From the NCBI GenBank assembly GCA_045862895.1, contig BTUO01000007.1:67615-131614 (forward strand): DNA of 64,000 bases. The letters run 5' to 3'. Source of the stretch: Acidobacteriota bacterium. GTDB taxonomy: Bacteria; Acidobacteriota; Thermoanaerobaculia; Multivoradales; JAGPDF01. The notes beneath the pieces are model-generated. The model was not told the DNA's origin and did not search any database. It saw only the letters and a program-made list of their open reading frames with translations. Shown here piece by piece: positions 27,610-38,000 of this stretch. The position numbers and the translations under genes are program-made. The stretch's first letter is position 1; each line of letters starts with the position of its first letter.

Positions 27610-28647
27610 TCAGTGGAGCTTCGCGGCGAGACCTCGGACTCCCTCGACGGGCAGTCCTTCGAGCTCGGCGCGGACCGGCGCCAGGGCGTGGCGGTACCGG
27701 CCCAGCGTGGCGATCGCCCGTTCCACGAGGTCGGGTCGGTCCTCCATCAGCACCGAGAGGAGCAGCGCGGCCTGCTGCCGGTCCTTGCGGGCACGCAGGG
27801 TTTCCGAAGCCGGCCGACGCCGCGCGACCCAGAGCTTGTGCAGAGCGAATCGCCCGGGGTCGGGAACGGGTACCAGAATCGGCAGCGATCCGACCAGCAC
27901 TCCTTCGGTCGGATCCTCGATCAGATAGTCGAGCAGGCGCAGCGGCCAGGCCGCGAGCCCGAGCGCCGGCAGCTCGACCGGGCGCTCGCGATCGGGACCG
28001 TGCCGCGGCATCAGGAAATCGATCCGGTGCTCACGCCCGCGCAACTTGAACGAGGTCGACGCCCGCCGCGGATCGAGGCCGGGGATCGGCAGGAAGGGGG
28101 GCTCGGCTCCGGTCAGCCAGTCGGATACGGCGCCGCCCGGCTCGGCCCCAAACGCGATCGCGGTCTCGCGATCGCCGGCGACGTCGATGTCCTGGGTCCG
28201 TGCCAACGCGCTCGCGCGGATTCCGAGCGAATTGGCCAGCACGCCGAAGGCACGCGTCCCGACCAGCACGGCGCCCGCCCGGAACAAGCCCGCGGCCGCC
28301 AGCAGCTCGACGACCCGCGTGCCGACGGCCGAGTCCCGATAGGCGCCGGCCGCGACCAGCATGTCGTGGACTTCCTGCGCGCGGGCGCGGTCGGGTTCGA
28401 GCTCCGTGCGGCGTCGTTCGACCTCCTCCATCCTGGCAAGCAGCTCCGCGCTCTCCGCGCCGAGATAGCGCTGCGTCCGGACCCCCGCTCCGGTCATCTG
28501 GAGGTACCAGTAGCGCCGACCCTTGATCGACTTCGAAACGAAGGTCCCAGGGGGCAGGTCTCGCCCGGCGCGCGCGAGGGCGCGCAGCTGGTCGAGCAGC
28601 TCCGAGTAGAGCGCCAGGGCCGGATCCGGCAGCCGCTCCGGTGTCAT
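27610..28647 (-). CDS. nucleotidyltransferase-fold protein (AbiEii-like / GSU2403-like) with an N-terminal extension of about 100 aa
   Basis: The ATG is at 28647. LVGTRAFGVLANSLGIRASALARTQDIDVAG resembles the hGGTAL...RxSxDIDh motif of AbiEii-type NTases. The N-terminal part (about 110 aa, LALYSELLDQLRALARAGRD...) is of unknown function. Confidence 0.55.
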   Translation of the reverse strand: MTPERLPDPALALYSELLDQLRALARAGRDLPPGTFVSKSIKGRRYWYLQMTGAGVRTQRYLGAESAELLARMEEVERRRTELEPDRARAQEVHDMLVAAGAYRDSAVGTRVVELLAAAGLFRAGAVLVGTRAFGVLANSLGIRASALARTQDIDVAGDRETAIAFGAEPGGAVSDWLTGAEPPFLPIPGLDPRRASTSFKLRGREHRIDFLMPRHGPDRERPVELPALGLAAWPLRLLDYLIEDPTEGVLVGSLPILVPVPDPGRFALHKLWVARRRPASETLRARKDRQQAALLLSVLMEDRPDLVERAIATLGRYRHALAPVRAELEGLPVEGVRGLAAKLH

Positions 28648-28654
28648 GCGCGAA

Positions 28655-28685
28655 TTATACGCTGGCTAGTCCAACCAGCGTATAA
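28655..28685. promoter_or_regulatory. perfect 11-bp AT-rich inverted repeat TTATACGCTGG-N9-CCAGCGTATAA, with a TATAAT hexamer ending 6 nt before the NTase ATG
   Basis: Read directly. The minus-strand read is ...CCAGCGTATAATTCGCGCATG. It lies between the halogenase stop (28702) and the NTase start. It could be an operator, a terminator, or a leaderless-type promoter. Confidence 0.45.
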
Positions 28686-28701
28686 CTCGAACCGAAAGCC
28701 G

Positions 28702-30267
28702 TCACTGCGCCGGCGGAGCGCTCTCGGAGGCCGGCGCCGGAGCCGGAGCCGGCCGCGGGCCGAGCCCGAGGGCGCGTTTGGCGTAGAGGCGCAGGCCGTC
28801 GAGCTCCGCGAGCATCCAGAGCTTCACGGCGCGCGCCGCCATGTGCCAGGGCGCCAGTCCGAGACTGAAGAAGGCCTTGATCCGGCGCCCGTGGTTGCGG
28901 CGTCCGGCCTCGCCCATCTCGCGGCGCAGCTCGGCGAGCTTCTGGAAGCGGGAGTGGTAGAGGCGCATCAGGTGGTAGGCGAAGAACGCCTCCTTGGGCC
29001 CGAGCACCGGCATCCACTGGAAGCGGCCGAAGAAGCGGTAGGCGGGGGTGACGACGAAGATGTAGTACTGCGCGGTGTCGAGCAGCATCGCGGCCGACAG
29101 CAGGTCGGCCTCGCCCATGTAGAAGTACTTGCCCTCGAAGATCGATTCGAAGAAGCGCCAGTAGGAGCGCAGGAAGATCTCGTTGTGCTCGGCGATGCGC
29201 TCGGGCGTGAGCTTGCCGATCGAGTCGTCGAGGACGAGCCGCACGGTGGCGTCGACCGAGAAGCCGACGTGATCGAGCCCGGGCGAGTAGTAGGGATCGA
29301 GGAACGCCGCGGCGTCGCCGACCAGCGCCCAGCCCTCGCCCATGTACTGCTTGGTCGCATAGGCGAGCGTCGAGTAGTGCCGGAAGTCGTCGTCGCGCAT
29401 CTGGGCGCGGTCCATCAGCTCGCGCGCCGGCCGCAGCTCCCGCAGGAACTCGCGATAGGCCGCCTCGCGGTCCTTGCGCTCGGCGAGATCGATCAGGCGC
29501 TTGTCCCAGACGATTCCGATCGAGGTCTCGCCGTTGCCGAGCGGGATGAACCAGACCCAGTAGCCGCGCCCGGTGTAGTGGTTGGTCCCGAGCCGCCGCG
29601 ACGACACGTTGCGCTTGGCGAGCCCCGCCGAGGAACGCGCGGCGACGTCGTCGATGTGGCGCACGCCCTTCCACCGGCACCAGGAGGCGGCGGTGGGATG
29701 CCGCTCGTTGCGCTCGATCAGCCCGAGCTTCCGGCCCAGGACGCAGGCGCGCCCAGTGGCGTCGATCACCCACCGGCAGCTCACGCGAGCGACCTGGTCG
29801 CCGGCCTCGATCTCGATCTCGTGATCGAACGATCCCACCCGCACGTCGCGCACCCGCGCCGGGCGAACGAGCTCGGCGCCTTCTTCGACGGCGAGGTCGA
29901 GCACATGCTGATCGAGCGCATCGCGCCGGAGCTGGAACGACGGCACCAGGCTGCGCACGAACCCGCCGGTCTCGGTCGCCTGATCGTGCCGCTGGACGTG
30001 CTCGTTGGCGAACCAGTACCGCAGCCCTTCCTTGGGCAACTGTTCCGCCTCGAGGTGATGCCACAGCGCGAGCCGCCGGGTCAGGAACATCCCCGACATC
30101 TCGGTCGTCGCCTCCCCCACCTTGGCGTCGAACTGCTGGGTCTTCTCGACCACCAACACCGAGAGCGAAGGCCTCTCGCGCTTCAGCAACAGCGCCGCCG
30201 AAGCCCCGGCAATCGCGCCCCCGAGCACGACGACGTCGTAGCGGTCTTTGGAGGGAAGTCCCGTCAT
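28702..30267 (-). CDS. flavin-dependent halogenase family protein (tryptophan-halogenase-like FAD monooxygenase fold)
   Basis: The ATG at 30267 has a GAGG upstream. DVVVLGGAIAGASAALLL is the GxGxxG fold. GYWVWFIPLG is the diagnostic WxWxIP motif. GDAAAFLDPYYSPGLD is also present. Length is 521 aa. Confidence 0.7.
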   Translation of the reverse strand: MTGLPSKDRYDVVVLGGAIAGASAALLLKRERPSLSVLVVEKTQQFDAKVGEATTEMSGMFLTRRLALWHHLEAEQLPKEGLRYWFANEHVQRHDQATETGGFVRSLVPSFQLRRDALDQHVLDLAVEEGAELVRPARVRDVRVGSFDHEIEIEAGDQVARVSCRWVIDATGRACVLGRKLGLIERNERHPTAASWCRWKGVRHIDDVAARSSAGLAKRNVSSRRLGTNHYTGRGYWVWFIPLGNGETSIGIVWDKRLIDLAERKDREAAYREFLRELRPARELMDRAQMRDDDFRHYSTLAYATKQYMGEGWALVGDAAAFLDPYYSPGLDHVGFSVDATVRLVLDDSIGKLTPERIAEHNEIFLRSYWRFFESIFEGKYFYMGEADLLSAAMLLDTAQYYIFVVTPAYRFFGRFQWMPVLGPKEAFFAYHLMRLYHSRFQKLAELRREMGEAGRRNHGRRIKAFFSLGLAPWHMAARAVKLWMLAELDGLRLYAKRALGLGPRPAPAPAPASESAPPAQ

Positions 30268-30339
30268 TCCAGCCTCGAGAGGAGCCTACCGCAGTGCCTG
30301 CGCAGGCGACGGATCCAGCGTCGAGAAGGGTCGGGGCGC

Positions 30340-30636
30340 CTACTCGAGGAAGCGCCGGATATCGAGCGCTCCATGGAAGACACCAAGGATGTCGACGTCG
30401 CCCGCGGGCTTGACGAGGTAGGCAATGCGGAAATGGCCGTAGAGAATGATGCGAACGTGTCGGTTCTTCGAGATTTCGTAGCGATACCCGCGTTCGGGGA
30501 ACACGGCGAGGGTCTGCGCGAGCTCGTAGATGGCGCGAGAGGTCCGCTGCGCGGCGCCGGGATTGTCAGCCGCGATGTACTCGTGGATCTCGGCGAGCCA
30601 GCGCGCGGCTTCCTCTGTCCACCTTACTTCTCCCAC
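30340..30636 (-). CDS. parE: ParE/RelE-family type II toxin
   Basis: A GTG start overlaps the antitoxin stop by 13 nt. The protein, MGEVRWTEEAARWLAEIHEYIAADNP ... RIILYGHFRIAYLVKPAGDVDILGVFHGALD, is typical of ParE-like toxins. Local GC is lower than the flanks. Confidence 0.8.
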   Translation of the reverse strand: MGEVRWTEEAARWLAEIHEYIAADNPGAAQRTSRAIYELAQTLAVFPERGYRYEISKNRHVRIILYGHFRIAYLVKPAGDVDILGVFHGALDIRRFLE

Positions 30637-30821
30637 GCGCTGATCCGTTGGCCCATCTCCTCGTGACTGATCGTGCGACCGGCGTCGGAATCAGCGAGGC
30701 CACGCTCGATCATCCGAGCGAACGCCAGCTCTCGAAGGAGTTCGTCGTATGAGCTGTCATCGGGCTGCTTCTCGAGAAGCCGGAGCATCTCCTCCTTGGC
30801 AGTGCGCTTGCTCTGTGTCAT
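30624..30821 (-). CDS. type II antitoxin (putative addiction-module component, TIGR02574-like)
   Basis: The ATG at 30821 has a GGAGG 7 nt upstream. MTQSKRTAKEEMLRLLEKQPDDSSYDELLRELAFARMIERGLADSDAGRTISHEEMGQRISAWEK is 65 aa. It sits upstream of and overlaps the ParE-like gene. Confidence 0.75.
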   Translation of the reverse strand: MTQSKRTAKEEMLRLLEKQPDDSSYDELLRELAFARMIERGLADSDAGRTISHEEMGQRISAWEK

Positions 30822-30920
30822 CTCCGGGCCTCCCACTCGAACCCAGACAATTGTAGCGGACTCGCTCGACCCCGCCCGGCATGCGCGCCGCGCGCCCGAA
30901 GACCTCTGGAACGGAAGGTT

Positions 30921-31560
30921 GATCCGGTTGCCGTTGCCGTCGTAGCAGGAGGCTTGCTCCTCACCGTCCGAGAAGATCCCCGGATCCATCAATCGCTTCT
31001 CGCGCAGCAGCCGGAGGCGCAGGTCGCAGCTCCACTCCATGACCCGACCCTCCGGCTCGGCGCAACGGATTCGGTCCCCGATGTCGTCGAGCACGAATCG
31101 GGTGATCGCCGCGAGCGGGCGGTTCTCCGACTTCAGGAGGTTGCGCTCGTCGTACTCGAAGCCGGTCGTATGACCGCGGGCGTCGGTCGTGAAGATCCGG
31201 TTGCTGTTGCCGTCGTACTGATTGGACTCGAGCTTGATCCCCGCCCGAGTGGTCGACAGCAGCCGATTCTCCCGGTCCCAAGCGAAGCGGGTCGGGATCT
31301 GCTTCCGGTCGGTCGCCGACAGGCGGTTGCCCACCGCGTCGTAGCTGAAGGTCTGGAACGTCCCCGCCGCCGCCGGATCGTCGACCCGGATCAGTCGGTC
31401 GAGATCGTCGTAGTGGTAGGTCGTGACGAAGTCGCGGCGGTTCTGCTCGGTCGTCTTGTTGCCCGCGAGATCCCACGTCAGGACCGTGTCGAAGACGAAC
31501 GGGAGTGGGTCGAGCGTGCGGGTCCGCTGAAAGCGCTTCTGCGGCCTCCCTGAAGGGACG
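30921..31560 (-). pseudogene. orphan RHS/YD-repeat internal fragment, a frameshifted duplicate of main RHS gene segment 34885..35490
   Basis: About 85-90% DNA identity by eye to 34885..35490. It encodes RLLSTTRAGIKLESNQYDGNSNRIFTTDARGHTTGFEYDERNLLKSENRPLAAITRFVLDDIGDRIR, against RLLSTTRSGITLESNQYDGNGNRIFTTDARGHTTGFEYDERNLLKSENRPLAAITRFALDDLGDRIR in the main gene. It is split over two reading frames (track ORFs 30624..31334 and 30961..31689). Confidence 0.7.
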
Positions 31561-31645
31561 GGTACCGGGGCCTACGGAACGCGAATAGCCGCGAGCAAGT
31601 CTCGCCGCAATTGCTGGTCGTCCTCCATCCGAAATGAATCCAGGC

Positions 31646-32056
31646 TCACTGGATCCCCACGGCACTGCCAGACTGACTTGCCGTCTCAATTGCGCCGGCG
31701 AGCACGTCTAGGAGATTCGCGCCGTCCGATGTTACAAAGTAGTCTGCCAAGCTTTGTATTTCGTCGCTGATCTCGCTTCCCCATGGCGGATGTGCCGTCA
31801 AGTCTTCGAAATCCCAAACAACTTGCGACGGAGGGATCGCCGCAAGCGACCTTCGTATTTGGGCGAGCTCCAGTAATGCCTCCTTGAGTAGGCCTGGCTC
31901 CAAGCGGCCTGAGTAGAGGCCATTCATGATTGCTGGATACAAGCTTCCCCAGTCCTCATGTTCAAGCAGAACGAAGATCGTGGAGAAGAAGGACTTGAGG
32001 AACGAAGCCGACCCAATCTCATACCGTTTGCGACCAACACAAAGGGCAACACTCAT
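31646..32056 (-). CDS. putative RHS immunity protein
   Basis: A 136-aa ORF immediately downstream of the RHS gene, overlapping it by 4 nt. GC is markedly lower (about 50%). Composition is normal (MSVALCVGRKRYEIGSASFLKSFFSTIFVLLEHEDWGSLYPAIMNGLYSG...). This is the canonical position for cognate immunity genes. Confidence 0.6.
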   Translation of the reverse strand: MSVALCVGRKRYEIGSASFLKSFFSTIFVLLEHEDWGSLYPAIMNGLYSGRLEPGLLKEALLELAQIRRSLAAIPPSQVVWDFEDLTAHPPWGSEISDEIQSLADYFVTSDGANLLDVLAGAIETASQSGSAVGIQ

Positions 32057-35000
32057 GGATCCGCCCGTTGCACTACGACATTATCTGCATGAATAAGACC
32101 ATCTGACTTCTGGACGATCCGATCTAGCATTCTCTGAAGTAGCACGTCGTTGACCTGTTGTCCCCTGATGTCGATGATCACGCCCTGCTGCATTCCTTCC
32201 GGCAGATTTCTGGCTCGAGATTCGCTTTGGCCCACTACGTCCCGCACCAGTCTCCAGCGGCCCTTAGCTGTCGTCAAGTCGTAATTCTTCACGTCAACCG
32301 AGAGCATCATCTGTTCGCTGGCGTAGTCAGGTCTAACACTTCCTCTAGTTCCATAGCTGACACGGCTTCCTCCGAAGAAGGAGGGCTCAGACTCGAATCC
32401 GAACTGGGCGAGATCGTCCGCGGGACCGGCCTGCGCCGCCTGCCAACTTGGACGAATCGGCGGCGTGGAGCGCTCAGCCGAACTCCCAAGAGCGGGAGCG
32501 CTTTGGGTCGTCGAGACCTCGGAAACTGCCGCGCCACCACTTGTTGAGCTCTCTCCAACGACCGCACTCTGAACACGAACTGGAACGGAAGTCGTCGTTG
32601 TTCCGAAGGGCACTCTCGGCGCTCCTCCGAGCGGCGCAACCGCCTCACTGAAGCCGGCCTCGATTCCGGCGAAGTCGACGGAGAGCGCTCGGGTGGTCAG
32701 GCGACCCGCACCGCGCGCGAGAGCGCCCGCCCCTTCGATGCCACCTGCGACGGCCAGCGCGTCGGCGGATCCGATCTCTCCACCGACCATCCCGGATTGG
32801 AAGTACTCGCCCTTTGCCTCGTGGGCTTCGATCTTCTGGATCGCCACCGCATGAGCGTCGACGATCGTGTCGACCGGATGGCTGATGAAGTCCGCCAGAG
32901 CTTCCGCACGCCCCGCGTTTCGCTCGAACGCCCCTGGTAGCGCCATGCCGGAGGCGTTGTCGGCCGCGAGCGACAACAGGCCTACGGCCGTGCCGCCCAA
33001 CATCTTGGCTGTACCGACAGCCCCCCCCACCCCTCGCTGAAGGTTCTTACCGGCGTTCCGTGGGTCGTACATCCCAACGAGGGTGCCCACGGCCACGTCC
33101 TGCACGAACTGCAGATCACGACCGAGCTCTTCCCAGCTGTAAAGGCCCAGAGGATCGGTGAATCGAACCGGACTCGCGTTGGCGTAGAGGAATCGATGCA
33201 AGCTTGGCGGCGTCTCCAGGACGCCGCCGAACGGATCCTCGTTCAGGAACCTCCCGAGCTCCGGGTCGTAGAACCGCGCTCCGAAGTAGTAGAGCCCGGT
33301 CTCCTCGTCCCGCTGGTGCCCGGTAAAGCCGAAAAGGTTGAAGCTGTCCCCGGCCTGGCTTCGTAGGTTCCCCCACGCATCCCACCGGAACCGCGCCTGG
33401 AGCGTTCCGTCCGGCTTCGACAGGCTCGCCACGCTCCCCAGCCCGTCGAACAAGTAGAACTGCCGCCCTTCGACCGCGTGGTCGAGGCTCAGGAGCCGAT
33501 CCGGCCCCCACTCGTACTTCGCGATCGTGATCCCGGCGAGGTCGGTCTGGAGCAACAGGCTCCGCTCGTCGTAGACGAACCGGAAGAGACCGCCCGGGCC
33601 CGACTTGCGCGTTCTCAGGCCGTCGTAGCTGTAGCCGTAGGTCTCGAGCAGGCCGGTTGAGGTCGAGACCTCGACCAGCTGGTCTCGGACGTCGTAGATG
33701 AAGCTGCTGATGACACCGCTCTGGACCGCGGTCTTCTCGATCTGGTTGCCGTTGACGTCGTAGGCGTAGTTCGTGTTGTTGGCCGGCTCGACGCTGTCCG
33801 TCACCGAGAGGAGGAAGTCCCGCTCGTTGTAGCCGTAGGTCTTGTTCGAGGTGATCGTGCCGGTACCGGTGTCGGTCGTGACCTCGGTCTGCCGATTGCC
33901 CACACCGTCGAGGGTGTAGACCACCGTCTCGTCCGGGTAGTGGACCTCGGTCAGCCGGTCGGCGTCGTCGTAGACGTAGGTGGTCGTCTCTGGGGCGCCG
34001 CCGTTGGTCTCTTCCTGGCTCGTCCGGTTGCCGTTCCGGTCGTAGGCGTAGACGTAGCTCGATACCAGGGCGGTGTGCTGGCGGTTCTCGATCGAGGTCA
34101 CCCGGTTCGCCCGGTCGTAGCCGTAGGCGGCCGTCGCACCGTTCGGGTAGGTGATCCGCTTCAGCAGCGAGTTGCCGAGGTACTCGTAGAGCGTCGCGCC
34201 CGTGCCCGGTGGCAGCACCGACTGCAGCCGGTTCAGAGCGTCGTGCTGGTAGAGGGTCGTGCGGCCGTCCGGGTCCGTGAGGCGATTGCGGTTGCCCGCG
34301 GCGTCGTAGCCGTAGGTGAGGAGCTCCCCTTCCGGGTCGGTCTTCGTCCGCAGCCGGTCGAAGGCGTCCCAGGTCTGGCTCGTCGTCCGCGTGCCCGACG
34401 GGCCCGAATAGGTCTCGGTCACCGTCTCGACGTTGCCGTTGCCGTCGTAGGCGGTCGCGATCGACTGGAGGTCGTCGCCCCGCGGCGGGGTCGGCGGCGG
34501 GTAGGTCGCCAGCGTCTCCCGGTCGAGCGCGTCGTACTGCCAGGAGAAGGCCTGGCCGAGCGGATCGGTCAGGCCGGTGCGGTTGCCGTTGGCGTCGTAG
34601 CCGTAGCTCTCCTCGGCCGCGACCCCGGCGACTTGCGGGTAGATCTTCCTGGTCAGCCGCTCGAGCGCGTCGTACTCGAAGCTCGTCGTGTGCGAGTTGT
34701 CGTCGGTCTGGGAGGTGCGGTTGCCCGACGGGTCGTAGCCGTAGCTCGTCAGGTGGCCGAGCGGGTCACGGACCGAGGTCAGGCGGTTGGCGGCGTCGAA
34801 GCCGTAGCGGAAGGCGCCGGGGAAGGGGGACTCACACGGCTCGGCACCGGCGAGCGCCGAGAACGCCTCCGGCTCGAAGCGGGCGATCCGGTTGCCGTTG
34901 CCGTCGTAGCAGGAGGCTTGCTCCTCGTCGTCCGAGGAGTTGCCCGGATCCATCAAGCGCTTCTCGCGCAGCTGACGGCGGCGCAGGTCGTAGCTCCACT

Positions 35001-38000
35001 CGGTGACCCGCCCCTCCGGGTCGATGCGGCGGATGCGGTCCCCGAGGTCGTCGAGCGCGAAGCGGGTGATCGCCGCCAGCGGGCGGTTCTCCGACTTCAG
35101 CAGGTTCCTCTCGTCGTACTCGAAACCGGTCGTGTGGCCCCGGGCGTCGGTCGTGAAGATCCGGTTGCCGTTGCCGTCGTACTGGTTCGACTCGAGCGTG
35201 ATGCCCGACCGCGTCGTCGAAAGGAGGCGGTTCTCCCGGTCCCACGCGAACGAGGTCCGAATCCCCCGCCGGTCCGTCGCCGACAGGCGGTTGCCGATCG
35301 CGTCGTAGGTGAAGCTCTGGAACGTCCCCACCGCCGCCGGATCGTCGATCCGGACCAAGCGGTCGAGCTCGTCGTAGTCGTAGCTCGTGACGAAGTCGCG
35401 CCGGTTCTGCTCGGTCTTCTTGTTGCCCGCCAGGTCCCAGGACAGGATCGTGTCGTAGCCGAACGGCGCCGGGTCGATCGTCCGCGTCAGGCGATTGAGA
35501 GCGTCGTACTCGTACTCGGTCGTGAAGCCCCGCGCGTTCTCGTGGGTCAAACGGTTGCCGGCGACGTCGTAGGTGAAGGCGAAGTCGCGGTCCTCCGGCA
35601 GGTGCTCGGCGACCAGTCGGTCGAGCGCGTCGTACTCGCGGGTCAGCTCGTTGCCGCTGGCGTCGGTTTCCCCGATGACGTTGCCCCGGGCGTCGTAGTC
35701 GGCGGTCGACAGCGCGCCCAGCTCGTCGGAGCTCTCCGTGCGGCGATTCAGGCCGTCGTAGACATGGGTGACGACGTTGCCGTTCGGGAGCCGCTCCTCG
35801 ACCACGTTGCCGTTGCCGTCGTGGGACCACTCGGTGACCACGTCGCGCGCCGGGACCGTGAACTTGTTGAGCACCTCGGTGCGCCGGATCCGGCGGTTGC
35901 GCTCGTCGTAGTCGGAGGTGACCAGCACGCCGCGGCGATCGACCTCGCGCACGAGATTGCCCACGGCATCGTACTCGTAGGTCCAGGCCTTCCCCTCGGC
36001 ATCCTCGCGCCGCCGCACCAGGCCGCGCTCGTCGTAGAGGACCTTGCGGACCTGGTCGTTCGACTCGAAGGTGCCGTTCGGCAGCTCGCGCTGGTTGTAG
36101 CGCCGCTCCTCTTCGCGGCGGTCCGGGTCGACGAACAGCCACTCCGTGACCGCTGCCTGGCCGGCCCGCCACTCCGGCCGCGTTTCCCGGATCCTGCGGT
36201 CGAGCTCGTCGTAGTCGACGAGCGTTTCCCGGTCGAGCGGGTCGCGCAAGGCGACGACGTTGCCGTTGCCGTCGAGCAGCTTCTCGATCCGCTGCGCCAG
36301 ACCGCTCGGATCGCGAATCACCGCGATCTCCCGGTTCAGCGCGTCGTAGACCTTCTCGGTCAGGCGCGGCTCGAAGGCCGGGTCGGTCGTGTCCGAAACC
36401 GTCTCGAACCGCAGGTTGCCGACAGCGTCGTACTGGTAGACGGTCCGGCGACCGTGAGGCTCGTCACGACGTTCGAGCCGGCCGGCGTCGTCGTAGTCGA
36501 AGATCGTGTCGTGCCGCGGCGTCTGCTGGTCGAACCAGGTCGACTCCAGCGTCTTGTTGCCGGCAAGGTCGTAGTCGAGGATCTTCGTCCCCTGCTCGGC
36601 GTTCACGATCGACGCGACGTTGCCTTCGAGGTCCAACGTCGTCACGGTCGAGCGGTTGCGGGCGTCGACGTCCGTGCGCGTTCGCGACGCGTCGTCGTAG
36701 ACCACCCGCTCCTCGGCGGGCGTCGCCTCGCCCTCGACGAGCGGGTGAACCGTCCGCACCCTCCGGTCGAGGACGTCGTACTCGAAGGTCGTCGCGTGGA
36801 ACCGTGCGTCGGTCCGCGAGACCATCCGTCCGCGTGCGTCGAAGGCGCTGACCGTCTTGTGGTTCAGCGGGTCGTGGACCTCGGTGAGATTGCCGGTGGC
36901 GTCGTATCGGAATCGCGTGGTCGAGCCGCGGTGATCCGTGGTCGACGCCCGATCGCCGTTCGGGAAGTAGTCGTGCCCGATCGTCAGGGTCCTGGCGCCG
37001 GCGTCGACGTCGGTGACGACGACCGACTCCGCGAGCAGATTGCCGCGCGCGTCGTACTCGAAGGTGGTAGTGGCGCCGTTGCGGTCGGTCCGGGTCGCTA
37101 GCCGGTCCTTGATCGGCAGCTCGAACTCCGAAGGCGGCACGTACGTGCGGCTCTCGACGTAGGTGTGCGCGCCGTTGTCGACGTCGATCACCTCCACCGA
37201 CTCGGAGAGCAGGTTGCCATGCTCGTCGTAGTCGTATTCCGTCCGGACGCCGTTCGCATCCGTCCGGGCGGTGACCAGGACGTCGTCGGGTGTCCACTCG
37301 GTGACGGTGAGCTGGTCGAGGGGATCGATCTGCCGGATCGTCGCACCGTAGCGGTTCTGGACGTAGCGCCACTCCTTGCCCCGCTCGTCGGTGACGACCG
37401 TCTCGGTCTCTTCGGCCCGCGCCTCGAGCCCGGCCAGGTCGAAGGCGAACTGCTTCACTCCCCCCCGCGGCTTGGTGATCGACTCGATCGAGATCCGCTG
37501 GACGAGCACCCCCGCCGCTCCGACGGTGACCGGCAGGTACTCGAAGAGCGTCTCCGCCGCCGAGATCTCGTCTCGCGCCTCCACCAGGACCTTGCGGTCG
37601 TCCCAGAACGGATTCCGCAGCTCCCAGCGATAGCTCTCGACCCGACTCGGACTGCCGTCCGAGTGGGTCTCGCGCTCCGCACGAATCAGGGTTCCCCACA
37701 CGGGATCGTAGGTGAACGTCACCCGGAGGCCGTCGGGACCCGACACCGAGACGAGAACCTCGCCGACCCACTGCGCGAAGCTCCGGCGTTGGTAGGCGAA
37801 CGTCAGCTGGCGGCCGGCGTCGTCGACGACGGCCGCCAGGCGGAACGGACTCTCGCCTCCGCTCGACGGCTCGTAGACCAGCGTCACGCGATTGCCGTTG
37901 GGGTCTTCGACGAAGGCGAGGCGCCAGCGGGTGTCGTAGTCGTAGACGTAGTGGTAGCGCCGGCCGCCCTTGGCGAAGAAGTCGAAGGTCAGGGTGCTCC

